A DNA stretch of 62,458 bases, filler included, from Basidiobolus ranarum (GCA_040143965.1; 22 parts of 22 records of this genome joined end to end with filler, not necessarily neighbours in it), one strand, 5' to 3'. Shown: positions 22,810 to 37,033, counted from the whole stretch's first letter. A program made the numbers and translations. The notes: generated by a model not told the origin, from the sequence alone.

Positions 22810-25554
22810 TGAAATGAGGATGTGACTTTCGTCTTCTGCAATTGTTGCCTTAAAAAAAACCATATTTCCACAAAAAGGGAGCGGATAATACTTCATCCCA
22901 ATTTTGAAATTGTTTTCTATGATACACCGGACTTTTGCCAATACTTCGCTTTTGTCATACTTATCAGCACTGTAGCCAGGAATATTTAAATAATTAATCA
23001 GTTGCTCCATGTTGGGTAGTTTTTTCAGACGAGTATAGTCTATAGGGCTATCCATTAAAGCTAGTAGTGCGACGATTTCATTTTGTTGTTGAAGTAGTAT
23101 CGCAATGCAATGAGCGATACTACCACCAAAGGACCATCCTAGCAGATAGTATGGCCCAGTCGGTTGGATTTTACGAATCTGATCGAGGTAGTCTAAAGCC
23201 ATCGCTTCAATTGTCTCAGGAAGTGGCTCATTATCATTAAATCCACGGGCTTGCAAACCATAAATAGGTTGTTTTGAGCCTAAATGCTTAGATAAGCTAA
23301 TATAACTCCAACTCAGGCCGATGACGGGATGTATGCAAAATAGTGGAGGACGATTATCGTTTACTTGAATAGGAAGCAAAACATCGAACTGGTTACTTTC
23401 GTCATCATGCTTCACCTGTATCATTTCTGCCAATTCTACTAGAGATGGTGCTTCCAAAAGAACCCTCAAGCCTACATTCTTGCCCAACCTTTCGCGAATA
23501 TGGCTAATCATCCGCACAGCAAGGAGTGAATGACCACCAAGTTCCGAGAAGTTATCATGGCGACTCACCCGCTCTAGGCCTAGCAAATCAGACCAGATTT
23601 TTGCTAACATTATCTCAATTTCACCTTTTGGGGCTTCATACGCTTTGTGAGCAAAAGACTCTATATCCGGTGGTGGCAGTGCCCGGCGGTTGAGTTTACA
23701 ACTGGAGGTTAATGGCAAGGCATCCATGCGTACAAAGGCGGTCGGCAGCATGTACTCGGGTACTTTCAATGCCAAATAGGAGCGTAATATACGGGTAAGG
23801 TACTCTTCTTGTGCTGCTACAACATATGCGACCAGTCGTTTGTCACCTTCATCACCCAGGGCAAGAACCGCTGCCTCTCTTACCTGTGGGTGCTCAACAA
23901 GATGCGCCTCAATCTCCTCAAGCTCGATTCGATGACCGCGTATTTTGACCTGAGAGTCATTACGGCCTAGAAACTCTATATTCCCATTTGGTAGGTGGCG
24001 AGCCAGGTCTCCTGTCTTATACATGCGTGACCCAATATCTTTGGTGAATGGATCCTGAGAAAAGCGTTCAGCAGTCAGCTCAGGTCGGTTCAGATAGCCA
24101 CGCGCTACACCTACTCCACCAACATACAGTTCACCTATGGCCCCCAATGGGACGGGATGGCCGTACGGATCCAGTATATAGATACGAGTGTTTGATATTG
24201 GTTGGCCCATGGTAACAACACCATTGCTTATCTCAGGTGAGCAACGCCATGTGGTAGACCAGATGCTAGTTTCAGTTGTGCCGTATGCATTGAAAACAAC
24301 ACCATGTTTGAGTAGAGACTCAAGTAATGCTGCTCTGGGTGCTTCGCCTGTCAAAAGCAATGTCAAAGGATTACTTAAAGTAGGTAAATCATTACCATTT
24401 TGAAGTAGAGCTGGAGAGAACACTGCATGAGTGATTGCATATTTTTCCATATAATTCCACAATTCATATCTATTAAGACGGACAATATTTGAGGGTATAT
24501 ATAAACTTGCACCAGATCCTAAGGCTCCAAAGATCTCAGAAATACTCACGTCGAAACCAAAAGTGGCGAATTGTAGGAGTCGACTTGATGCATTTACTCC
24601 GCAACAAGATATTTGATCTTGAATGAGATTCACAATGCCTCGATGCTCCAGCATCACACCTTTTGGAATGCCAGTAGAACCAGAGGTATAGATCACGTAG
24701 GCGAGATGACGTGAGGTCAGTCCAATTACATGAGGATTACTTGAAGATGAATCCAGTAACATATTTGGATCAAGCACTGTCAGTTGGGCTAGAGTTGACT
24801 CACCTAATGCAGCGCGTCCAATTTCATCAGCCAGCATGACAGAAGGTGCGGCATCTTTAAGAATGCGCCCCAGTCGCTCTAGTGGGAGCGTTGGATCAAG
24901 AGGTACATTGACACCGCCTGCCTTCAAGATTGCCAGCAGTCCTACCACCATTTCAAGTGATCGTCCCACACAGATTGCTACAGGCTCATCAGGTCGAACA
25001 CCTAGCTCAATAAGCTGATGCGCGAGACGGTTAGCGTGAGCATTCAACTCGGCATAACTTAAAATCTGATCTTCGTATACGACAGCAATGGCTTCCGGTG
25101 TACGTACAACCTTTTCCTCAAAGAGTTGATGAATACACTTGTGTTCAGGATATGGCATATCGGTATCATTCCATTGCATTAGCAACTGTTGCCTCTCCTC
25201 AGGGGTAATTATGTCTATACCAGTGACATGCTTTGATGGGTTTGTTGTGAGAGTATCGAAGAGAGCTAAAATACGATTTTGATGTAATATTAAATCATTA
25301 GCTGTATAAAGCTCTGGGTTTGCCGCAAAGTCAATTCTAAGAGGATCATCTTTAGACCCAATATATATAGTGATAGTCAGATCATCAATAGGACCTGTAA
25401 GGAGGTTATGTACTGTCGACAAATGTTGCCCAAAATACACGCTGTGGTCAAATGGCACAAAGCTAATTGTAGGACCAAATAAGTGTTGATTTTTCCTGAG
25501 ACGAGGATCTCGTTTTAGCTCCTCGCTCCGATAGCTTTGGTGTTTTAATCCGCA
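22810..25554 (-). CDS. Bacterial-type NRPS terminal module: C (starter-like, partial)-A-PCP-TE, truncated at both ends
   Basis: LSYAELN, YVIYTSGSTGIPKG, GELYVGGVGVARGYLNRPELT, YKTGDL, QVKIRGHRIEL; PCP LGGHSLL; TE GWSFGG; intronless over 2.7 kb. Confidence 0.95.
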
Positions 25555-25959
25555 TNNNNNNNNNNNNNNNNNNNNNNNNNNNNNNNNNNNNNNNNNNNNT
25601 TAATTAATTAANNNNNNNNNNNNNNNNNNNNNNNNNNNNNNNNNNNNNNNNNNNNATTATGTGGTATTTAGTTTATTCATAATCTGATTACTTAGCACTA
25701 AATTCTGCCATTCAAAAGTTGTGTGTTTATTGCTTCCATTGAAAGAAATGTCAATTAGTTCACTTTTAACAAATTTCATTTTTTCTCTAAACAGCTCCTA
25801 CTCATCTCAAATTTTTGCCCCTGCATTACAGACATGACTGTTATGATATAAGCATTGTACAATAGTCCTATTTCATAGTAAACCATAACTAGGACATATG
25901 CATTTCCATATAACTCCAGTGTCTAGGTCTCATGAAAAATTTCTCATTTGGTGAAAAAG

Positions 25960-27885
25960 GTTTAGACCTTTAATGATGCCAAAACAAGATGTACTTTGGT
26001 ATTCTTTCCCAAACCAGAATCTATAGCCTTACCAATCTTCAAGAGCTACAAAGCAATTGTAGAGGGGGAATCAGCATACAGAATATCGATACTCCAGAGT
26101 GATAATGATGCAGAATGCTGCTCAAAAGATTTGGCCTGTTTTTATTCTAAACATGGAATTTTGCAGCAAACTACTGTATCATACACTTCACAGCAAAATA
26201 GAGTCACAGAATGTGCTCATAGGACCATGGTTGAGATGGCAAGATCAATGTTATATGATCAAAAGTCAGAGTATCAATTTTGGGTGGATTTTGCCACCAC
26301 AGCCATCTTTATCAAAAACAGATTCCAAACAAGATTGCTACAAATTTCTACACCATTTGAAGTCCTATATAGATCAAAGCAAGTGTGTAACATCTCAGGA
26401 TCTATAGTTGCAAAGCATATTGCCTAATTCCAGCTCAAATATGCTTCAAATAGGTACCCAAAGGCAGCAAATGCATATTTCCTAGCTCAGTGATGGATCT
26501 ATGGCCTACAAACTGTTTCATTCCAAAAATCAGACATTTATTAGGCACAGAGATGTGATATTTGCCAAAAAAGCAATTTTTTTACCTCAAATCACAGTTC
26601 TTGATCCAGGGAACTCAATCAGCAAAGTGCAGGAAATGTTTGACAAAATTCTAGCTGCAACTGAGCCCTGTTCAACTAAAAATCTAGCCCCAATGACAAC
26701 CAATCAAGATTCAGAAACATGATGATATTCCGGAGAGAGGAATAAGCCAGGAAAAAGGGGAATACTTGCAATGATGATATTTGAAGAGTTTTGCTCACTG
26801 TAGGACAATACATCATGGGTTTTAGGTCCTATACAATCAGGAACAAAGCCATTATGTTGCAAATGGGTCTAAAAAGACAAGAACTAGGCAGATGCAACAT
26901 TAGAATGGTACAAAGCAAGATTAGTTACAAAAGAATACTTGCAGACTCCAGGGGTTATTTTGAATAAATATTTTGCTCCAGTAGCTACATTTAGCTCCAT
27001 TAGAGCAATCCAGGCACTCTCAGCAATTGGTAGCATTGATTTAAATCAAATGGATGTAAAAACAACCTTTCTGAATGCATATCTAGAACAGATCTAAGTG
27101 GACTAACTGGATTGATTTGTTGACTTGCAACATGCTGATATGGTCTTTGAACTGCTATATTGCTACATGAACTTGAGAAAGCACCCAGGCCATTGTATAA
27201 CAAGATAGATATCTGATTGAAGTCACTGGAACATCAAAAAAGCACAGCAGATTACAGTATTTGAATCAAAATGACCAGAAACAGGATCCTTATTTTGGCA
27301 TTGTAAGTTGATGACTTGATCATAGCTACAAAAATCTTTAAGTACTTGCTCAGACAAAAATCAACTAATGTCCTAATTTCAGATGACTGCTATGGGTCAA
27401 TTAAGACATTTCCTTGGAATCTAAATCAAGAGAGATAAACCCAATCAAAGAATTCTTCCAAGTAAGTCTAGAAACATGGTAGACATCTCCAAGTCCTTCA
27501 ACATGCAAGCTTGTATTAACATCAATGCATCCCAATGTGAAACTAATCAAAATTTCATACAATTAGGCCCATATTGACTCAAATCAAAGTCAGGAGTTCC
27601 CTTGTCAATGCATGGTGGGTAGTTTAATGTATGCAATAGTTGTATCATGTCCAGACAATGCTGTGGCAGTGGGAACTCTCAGCCAATATCTCAAAACTAG
27701 GATCTTAGCACAAAAATGCAGTAGAGCAAACATTCAGGTACTTGAGAGGAACTTTAGATCAAGTTCTGGGATACTCTGGCACTCCTGTTAAAACAAAGTT
27801 TTGATGGCAAAAGTGATACAGACTGGGGAAGAAGCCCTGATGATAGAAGATCAACAACTGAGTACACTTTTCTCTATGGTCATGG
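25960..27885 (+). mobile_element. Copia integrase-RT-RNase H remnant
   Basis: LQSDNDAE, YTSQQNRVTECAHRTMVEMARSML, YKARLV, QMDVKTTFL and DTDWG...DRRSTT motifs; heavily disrupted. Confidence 0.9.
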
Positions 27886-28401
27886 TGATGAAAATGTTTA
27901 GGGGATTTGGAAGTGTTTTAGACAAGATTGGGATATGTCAATTAGACACTTAAGTCTTATTGAATTAAACATGTCCTACTTGTAGTTTATTTTAAAATAT
28001 GACTATTGGATGTGCATAGATCACAACAAACATGCCTGTGAAGCATGTGTTAATATACAAAGTAATTTGGAGAAGTTCTGAGAAAATAGTGAAACTGGTA
28101 AAAGTCATCAAATTGATATTTCTATCAATTAGAGCTATAAACACAAATTTTTGAATGGTAGAATAGGGTGCTAAATAATCAAAATATGAATAAACCTACT
28201 TCTAAATACTAAGTTGCTATTGACCCAATCTGAGCATTCCTACTCAACTAAATATTTTGTATTTCTCTTAAACCTTATCGATATTTTAACAATTCAAAAT
28301 TGTGCTTTAGGTAAAGGTTTGGTCAAGATGTCACAATCGTTTCTTTAGTAGGGCAATAGACAAGTGCAATTTTATCATTCTCTATTGTTCCTCTAACAAA
28401 C
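27886..28401 (-). mobile_element. Copia 3' LTR family D (~27886-28236) with PPT and RNase H end, opposite orientation
   Basis: Reverse complement resembles 7170-7430 (FVRGTIEND...CPT...DILTKP, then AGTTGAGTAGGAA). Confidence 0.7.
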
Positions 28402-28501
28402 NNNNNNNNNNNNNNNNNNNNNNNNNNNNNNNNNNNNNNNNNNNNTTAATTAATTAANNNNNNNNNNNNNNNNNNNNNNNNNNNNNNNNNNNNNNNNNNN
28501 N

Positions 28502-31246
28502 CATGTGTTGATCCATAGTTCTCTGAGATTTTAGCCAATCATTTGCAACTATTTTGCAAGATCTTGAAATTTCACTCCTGAAACTGAAAAAATTGATTAA
28601 AATCAAATCTAAGTTGACAATTTTATGATGGTAAGTAAATGGTCAATTCCATATGGATTAAAATTGTGATGGTTTTCCTATGATAATAATCCTCAAATTT
28701 CTGTTAGGGCAAATATTTTGTAATTGGATATGAAAAACTCTATTACAGGTTTAAAGAAGATAGACCAAATCTATGCCAGCTTTCAATACATTCCCTGCTA
28801 CATCTTTCACAATGCTCAGAGATTATAGGCCCTTGCTATACATTCTGGGAGTTCCCAATGGAGTGCACCTGCGGTGAAATGATGTTCTGTGTGAAATTGT
28901 CAGTTTTACTGTATGCTAATCTGATTAACAATGTGTCAACAAAGTTAGTGATGGATGTAATGTAATGGGATAAGGAGACTCCAGAGTATATTAACCTGCC
29001 AACAAAGGGCTCCTTTCAATGTACTCATGGGTTTTTGCATTGTTTGAGCACAAGAACAGCAACAAAGCCCAATCCATGGACACAGAGTAGGTACCTCTAT
29101 AATTGGACTCATTTGCTTGTGCAATATTCTGATGGTATTTTTGGGAAAGCTGCAAGTCAGACTTCTTGGTGAGATAGATCAAAAATACGCAGTATTATTG
29201 TTTTAGCCATGAGGTAATCTATTCAATCAATGACACATCTACTTGTGGCAGGACATTTGTTGACTGCAAGTCAGGGATATACTGGCTGAATTCTATATGG
29301 AAATTTGCCAAAATCCAACAGCTTATTCTAATCATGAATGGTAACAAGAGTCGGCTCTTTGCCAAGTGTCAGTGCTATTCAAAATTTCAGATGTTTAGCA
29401 AGTTTTCCACCATTGATTTGCTGGTAAAGCATATTGATATTGTTGAGTTATGTCTAATTAGTCAATTATGTGAATATGTAGAGACTAAACACAATAAGAT
29501 TTTTGTATTTTTTGATACACATTATGGCTGGAATATAAAGCCTAAAATATCTAAATAAAGGCATGCATATTAATTCAAATTCCTATAGCAATAAACCCAG
29601 TAATTTGCCATTTGTAAATCATATTTTTGCAAAACTTGCTGTATATTGAATAACACATGCCAAATTTGAGGATCAATATTTTAACATGTATGAATACCAT
29701 CAAAATACCCTCAAGAAACCGCCGTCACACCATAAAGTTGATTTTATTATTGTTAGGGTGATGAGTGATTTAACATTTTTGAAACTGTGCAGAATCTAGC
29801 CCAAAATCACCTGGATTTGAGCCCATTGTGGAAAAACCAAAAATCAGGTGTTATTCTGAAGGTTCTTGACTTATTTTATGTGAATTATCCCGGGTTTTTG
29901 GAAACAAATGGCAATTGGGCTAGTATAGGCCTATTCATGAAACATCTCCAAAAATGTATGGAAGCATTGACTTGGAAAAGAAAGAAAAGCAGCTAAAGAA
30001 GTACTCAAGGAGCAGGAAGTTAGTAAACCCAAAGGAAAAGCAAAGGAGCCAGTGAGTTTAGGCTATACCATCCCACTTACTGAACTCTTCATATGATTAC
30101 AAAGATCTGCATTTCCAGAGTCAGATATACTTGTAAAAAAGCTTAATTTTGCCATGGAATCAGGTACACCAAGTAGAAGAGTGCTAAATTTGCAAGTTTA
30201 TCCAACACCTGGCACCTTTCAATAAGCCCAAACACTAGTAAATAAAACTCATGGCTCTCCAACCTCAACTGGTACTTTTCTGAGTGTTGAAATTAGCCCC
30301 AAAGTTAAAGGGAAGCAAAAGCCACATAAACACCAGAAAACACCATCAATAGTGTAGCTGGAAGAATGTTGATTCAGCAACATTAATACAATAGTGGGCT
30401 TTGATGGAAATACTGATACAAACTTGTGTTGGATATGAGCTAGACCTTAGGTACAAAGAACTAAATAGAAATATTCAAGAGAATATATCAAAGAAACTAG
30501 GAGTTTCAAAGGTGACAAATTAGCATTCAAATGATAAATGTGTAAAATTGTGTTATGTTTTTTGCACATGGGTTGATCCATAGTTTGCTGAGATTTTAGC
30601 CCATCATGTGCAACTTTTTTGAAAGATCTTGAAATTTCACTCCAGATACTGAAAAATTGATTAAAATCAAATCTAACTTGAAAATTTTATGATTGTAAGT
30701 AAATGGTCAATCCAAAGTGGTTTAAAATTGTGATGTTTCCCTACAATAACAATCCTCAAATTTCTGTTAGGGCACTGATTTTGCTGCTACATTATTAATC
30801 AGATTAGCATATGGTAATACTGATTATTTCACATAGAGCATCATTTCACCACAGTTGTGCTCGGTTGGAAGTTCCCAGAATGTATAGCAAGGGCCTATAA
30901 TCTCTGAGCATAGTGAAAGATGAGCAGGTAATGCATTGAATGCTCCCTAACAAAAATAAAATTGATTTGATCCGGATTGGATTCACCCTCCAAAATAGCA
31001 AAACTGTCAGAGAACTGTCACAACATTGATGGCCTGCATTCTGCCAGGGATTTTGATGATGTGACGGCAGTTTCTTGACGGTATCTTAGCAGTATTCATA
31101 CATGTTAAAATATTGATCCTCAAATTTGGCATGCATTATTCAATATCCAGCATTTTTTGCAAAAATATAATTTTCGAATGGCAAATTACTGGGTTTACTG
31201 CTGTAGGAATTCAAATTAATATGCATGCCTTTATTGAGATATTTTA
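28502..31246. mobile_element. Nest of CACTA-type element fragments (end B / transposase + end A / ORF2 + end B / reversed transposase / reversed end A)
   Basis: TGTTAGGG termini at 28709, 29758 and 30772, and CCCTAACA at 30945, each joined directly to internal sequence of another copy. Confidence 0.82.
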
Positions 31247-31346
31247 NNNNNNNNNNNNNNNNNNNNNNNNNNNNNNNNNNNNNNNNNNNNTTAATTAATT
31301 AANNNNNNNNNNNNNNNNNNNNNNNNNNNNNNNNNNNNNNNNNNNN

Positions 31347-34090
31347 GTTCTCTGAGATTGTAGACAATCATGTGCAACTCCTGAACCTGAAAAAATTGAT
31401 TAAATTTAAATACAAATTGTAGATTTTGTAATAATAAGTAAACATTCAATCCAAAATTGATCAAAAGTGTGACAGCTTTGTGACAATGGCAATACTCAAA
31501 TTTCTTTTGGGGATATTCTTATGGCATTAATTCACATTGGCAGATCTCAGGCAGATGCAGCAACTATGCAAAGATTTTGTAATTGAATATGAAGAATTGG
31601 ATCACAGATTTAAAGAAGCTAAGTTGAATCTATGCCAGACTTCAATACATTTCTTGCTGTATCTCTCACAATTCTGAGGGATTATAGGCCCTTGTTATAC
31701 ATTCTTTGTAAGCTTTGCATTGTTCAAGCACCCTATGCAAAATATGGGAATGAATACCAGAGGAAAACCAGAGAAAACACAAATATAGCAGTAGTACCAC
31801 CATAAGAAGATGGGAGGAAAAAAAGACTGGTAGAGAAACCATAAGAGAATCATTGCCATACCAGCATAATACCATTATAAAACAGTAGGAAAATAGGATG
31901 TAATGTAAATCTAAATTTTTTTTGTTAGGGACACAGTAACAACAACAAAACCTAATCCATGGACTCAGAGCAAGTACAACTATCTTTTGGACAATTTTGC
32001 TCATTTCATAATTTGACAGTTTTTCTGATGAAGCTGCAAGACTGACTACAGGGTGAAATAAATCTTAACTCACAATATTGCTGTTTTAGCCATGGAGTAA
32101 TCTGTTCATATAGTGACACAGCTACTTGTGGGAGGACATTTGTTAACTATAAGTTGGGGATATTTTGGCTGAATTCTTTTTGGAAATTGGCCAAAATACA
32201 ACAGTGTATAAAAAGAGTCAGCAATTTGCCAAGTGTTAGTGATACTGTATATCTCAGATGTTTGGCAAATTTTCCCCATTAGTTTGCTGGTAAAGTGTAT
32301 GATGTTGTTGAGTTTTGACTGATCAGTCAAGTGTGTGCATATGTAGAGGCTAAACACCACATGATTCTTGTGTTCTTTGATTCTCACTGTAGCTGGAATA
32401 CAAAGCCTAAAATATCTAAAATGGGTTTTGTGTGAAAATTGTTGGAAATATAATAATGCATGCCAAATATGCAGATCAATATTTCACTTTGTGAGATTAC
32501 TATCATAATGCTGTTAATAAGATGGCATTTCACCATCAAAATGTCTGGCAAAATGCAAGTAACCAATTTTGTGATGGTTCTCATATGCTCTTATGCTCCA
32601 GAAAGGTGGATCTAATTTATATGGAATTGACTTTATTTTTGTTAGGGGTCAACAAGTGACCAATTGCAATTAAGCAGGCATATTTCCAATACTTCAATGC
32701 TTCCCCACAACACTCACTATGGCAAAGTTACTATACTTGTTGTATTGCTCAAAACATGTGCATTTTGATAATAAAATGTTCTGCACATATCTACACAGAT
32801 ATGACATAATGTAGTATTTCATACAAATGAATTGCATTGGAAATTCCCAAAAAGTAAAGTATGGTTTCACCACTTTCAGACACCCTGATAAGTTGAGCAA
32901 AGCATGAGCAGAATACTGGCAGAGTTTGGTTTGTTCACATTTGTTTCTATAAAGCAACCTTCAAACTCTCCAACAAACTGCTCATAATGCTGTGAATCTG
33001 GCACAAATTACCAGTGGTTAATAAATATTATAAAGTAATAAGAGTTATGATCATAGTCATACATATTGAAGTATTGATCTTCTAATTTGGCATATATTAT
33101 TTGATTTCTTGCAATGATTGGAAAAAGCTAATCTTTGGAAGGCAAATTAGTGGGTTTAATGCTATTAGAATTCAAATTCAAATGCATCCCTTTAGTTAAA
33201 ATTTTTGGCTCTGTTTTCTAGCAATAATGAGAATCAAAAAAAAACAATCTTGTTATACTAGATCTTTACAAATGCGCACAGTTGACTGAAGAGACTAAGC
33301 ACAGCAACATCAATATGTGTTACTAGCAAACTACTGTTAGAAAAATTGATAAACTTTGGAAATTTAGACCAGCACTTACACTTGGCAAACAGCTAACTCT
33401 TGTTATCATTAACAATATAAATAAGCTCCTGTATTTTGGATATATTTTGGTGAAGAATTCGGCCAAAACATCCCAAAATTACAGTCAATAAATGTCATGC
33501 CACAAGTAGAAGTGTCATTGCTTGAATAGATTACCTCATGGACAAAATAGTAATGTTGTGTATTGTGATTTACTTCAATCACTGATTTTACTGGATTTTT
33601 CCTGCAGTTGCAAATCTTTGCATAATTACTGTAGCTGCCTGAGATATGCCAATGTGAGTTGATGCCATAAGAATCTATTAATAATGTACTTAAACAACTA
33701 CCAATCTTGTCAGTACTAATTAGGCAGATTTCTTTTCAAGATTCCACTTAAACATATATAAATCCAATACTTCCAGTCTCCCTAACAAAAGTAAAATCCA
33801 TTTGATCCAGATCATATCCACCCTCCAAAAGAGTAAAACCATCAGAGAACCGTCACAATATTGGTGGCTTGCATTCTGCCAGGGACTTTGATGGTGCGGT
33901 GGTGGTTTCTTGATGGTATTCTGATTGTATTCATACATGTTAAAATATTGATCCTCAAATTTGGCATGAGTTTTTCAATATCCAGCAATTTTTGCAAAAT
34001 ATAATTTTCAAATGGCAAATTACTAGGTTTACTGCTGTAGGAATTTGAATTAATATGCATGCCTTTATTTGGATATTTTAGGCTTTGTAT
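31347..34090. mobile_element. Second nest of CACTA-type fragments, including a more diverged subfamily
   Basis: End B to ~31512; transposase plus end A to 32647; reversed SAHALLNLSGCLKVVKPYFTFWEFPM at ~32830-32930; reversed copy ~33060-33680; CCCTAACA terminus at 33780. Confidence 0.78.
31731..31930. mobile_element. 200-bp non-autonomous element (MITE) with CCC...GGG ends, inserted in a transposase copy
   Basis: Starts CCCTATGCAAAA and ends TTTTGTTAGGG; splits the consensus TTGAGCA/CAATAAC; flanks GCA/ACA may be a decayed 3-bp TSD. Confidence 0.6.
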
Positions 34091-34190
34091 NNNNNNNNNN
34101 NNNNNNNNNNNNNNNNNNNNNNNNNNNNNNNNNNTTAATTAATTAANNNNNNNNNNNNNNNNNNNNNNNNNNNNNNNNNNNNNNNNNNNN

Positions 34191-34919
34191 GCAAACTCTG
34201 TTTTTGTAGATTTCTGATAAAACCTTACCATTACCCAGTATTATCAAGTAGACATTTAACAACAGTTGGACAGTTTGTAAAGAATTCACTACATGTTGAG
34301 CCCAGCGACCATAAACTCGATAACTGATATCACTGTAGTTGCGTACTGGATGTTTGTATGAATCCAGATTCATGAACATTGTCCAAAGTTGCCAGCCGGT
34401 GTAAGCGGCCGCCACTCCCATAAAGAAAAACATCAAGACACCAGTGACGTAGCCAAGTTGAGAAAATGCCCATGGGGCGGAACTTGGACCAAGAATATCT
34501 GTAGTGATCAGATAAAACACTGCTTGCCAAGATGCAGAACGTAAGGCGCGTTCTGCTTGCATTCTATCTCCATCCAAATCCCATTCAGGAAACTGGGGCA
34601 TCGTGTCTTCGGTGTCGATATTGGTATCCGTCTCAGGATTTTCATTTTCTACTTCTTTACCCGAACCACCGTTGAGTTTGGAGCGTAGTTGGCTAAATTT
34701 AGTGTTAGTTTTATTTCCTGCCTTATTATTCACTCTGTCTATTTGTCGCTTGACATCCCCCCAGTAAAGATAAGCCTCTAGGGGGATTTCACCCTCAGAG
34801 CCGAAAGGAACCACTGATGATCTTTTTGCATGCTTCTCATCACCAGGTTGTAGATTTTCGTGATGCAAACGAGGATCAGCTCCGTCTAAAGAAAAACCAG
34901 CAGGTGCTGTGTACGCCAT
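34191..34919 (-). CDS. Amino-acid permease (AAAP/Aa_trans family), 3' truncated
   Basis: RALRSASWQAVFYLITTDILGPSSAPWAFSQLGY motif typical of fungal Aa_trans proteins, followed by TM helices; alternative start at 34934. Confidence 0.88.
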
Positions 34920-37033
34920 AATATTGAGATACATAAGATGACTGGAGGCCTTTTATATTCACTGATTAGTCTTGGGGCTCCTAAAATGGAATTGCTATCT
35001 AATGAATTCTAGAAATGGTAACAGATGCAGCTGACCATAGATAAGGCACTTACTAAAAAGAACGTAGTAGTTGATAAGTCCGAAAATTCTTGTAAAGGCT
35101 AAATAGATAAGAATAATCCGTGAGTGAGACTAATATCGAAATCCATGAAACATTTGTCCTTCCTAATATGGACCTATAAGAATATCAGGCACATGATCCC
35201 AGTTTCCTCTCGTACTGATTGTGCTCTAATCTGGCAACTCTTAGGTCATGAATAGTAAACCGGATATCGTGTTGCTATTTGTGACATTTCCAGAATTTTA
35301 TTCGATTTTATTTTTTGAAATTGTTTCAATTTGAAGAGTGCACGGGATCTGACGCTATCCGATATGCAGGCACAACTTTTATGAGATTCTGAATTAGGCT
35401 AGTTTGTAGCGTTGCTCCAGTAATCGGCCTCTCGAAAATTTTCCAGACCGACAAATCCCGAGTTAAACAAATTAGTCATTTCGAAAATATGCTAATTGAT
35501 CAAGTTAGTAAGTGATTATTACTAACCAGACTTTTAACTGGTGATTATCAGTTACACCCAAGGTATAGTATTACATATTTTGCTAAAGAAATATGAGGTT
35601 TCACTATACTCAGGGGACTTGATAGTTTTTATTGTTATTGTTGTATATTGTGAGATAAAGTAGTACAAGATTACACTTGCTGGCTGTTACATCTTTTTTG
35701 TCTACAAGAAAATTAGCATTGATTCTTGTCATTTAGTTCAGTGATAGTAGGATGCTTCTCTCATTGGAACAACTCGTATTGGCAAATGATATACTGCCAG
35801 TATATACATGGTGAATTAACAAGTCATTCACTTATTATTTAGGGACCATATATGCTTGACACCTCGGATTATGAAATGTAAATATTATTTGACTCTCATT
35901 TTTGAATGATTAGGGAGTATGTTACAATACGGATACACTTCCACTGTTTTTACAAATGCCATAGCCTGTTTCTGAGGCCCAGGGTATCTGCTATATTGTT
36001 TGTACTTCTATAAAAATATTCCTGATGCTATTATATATATGTGCTAAGTCAGTCCCTAATGTTCCTATATCAAAATTATAGCATAGCATAACATGATTCC
36101 AAGTAAGAAGAATACTTGTTTGAGAGCCTTATGACTTTCAGGGATACTTATTAATCTGGAACATCAGCTTCCACATATATTCAAAAAATGGGCAAAAGCT
36201 ACCTTGGATGTATCCCTAGGTTGCCAAAAGACAATGCAAAATCTTTGACATGCTTTAAATGCTTCCAAAAGTTTTACTCTATTGCCATCTCAGGATTGAG
36301 TAAAAAAATATCTCAGTATTCACTCTGAATGGATTGAGGGATAAATATAAGCACAATACACATATCTGGATTCAAGTTCTATTATACTGACAGATTAGTA
36401 AAGTTAATTCTGAATATAACTTTTGCTATTGGCAACTCATTAAATATAACCTATAGCAGCTATTGAGGGGCCATCTGATGAAATTAGCATTGCCTAAGCA
36501 CCTTTATAGTCACATATAGCTTAGTAATTAGAGGGATGAAAAGCACTAAGTGGTGTGGACTTAGGGGGGGATGAAAAGCACCAGATGGTGTAATATTTAT
36601 TTATCAATTTACACAAAGTCAATAAATAAATTAGCCAAGTTAGAATATAATTTTCAAAGTTAAAGTCAAGAAGTTGACAAAGCTAGTTTCCTAGTAAGCT
36701 CAACCTAAGAGTATTCCAGATAGGATGGAGCTAAGTGCAGAGAAATCCAGATGGGATGGGGCATAAGTAGAGTTTTCCAGAGTGGATAGAGCTAAAAATA
36801 GAGTGCTCCTAGTGAGCTAGGCCTGAGAGTTGCTAGTAGTAAGAAGTTGCTGAGAGTTGAGATTCAAGAGGTGGGAGGGTGCCTTTAGGTCCTTCCCAAG
36901 TAAGTACAAGCAGAGTGAGAATAGTATAGAAGANNNNNNNNNNNNNNNNNNNNNNNNNNNNNNNNNNNNNNNNNNNNTTAATTAATTAANNNNNNNNNNN
37001 NNNNNNNNNNNNNNNNNNNNNNNNNNNNNNNNN

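Noticed and set aside
36530-36933. Short repeated units (CCAGA..GGAT.GAGCTAAG) as a regulatory array
   Set aside because: They follow an LTR-family-E start and look like subrepeats of another TE; too degenerate and truncated to call.
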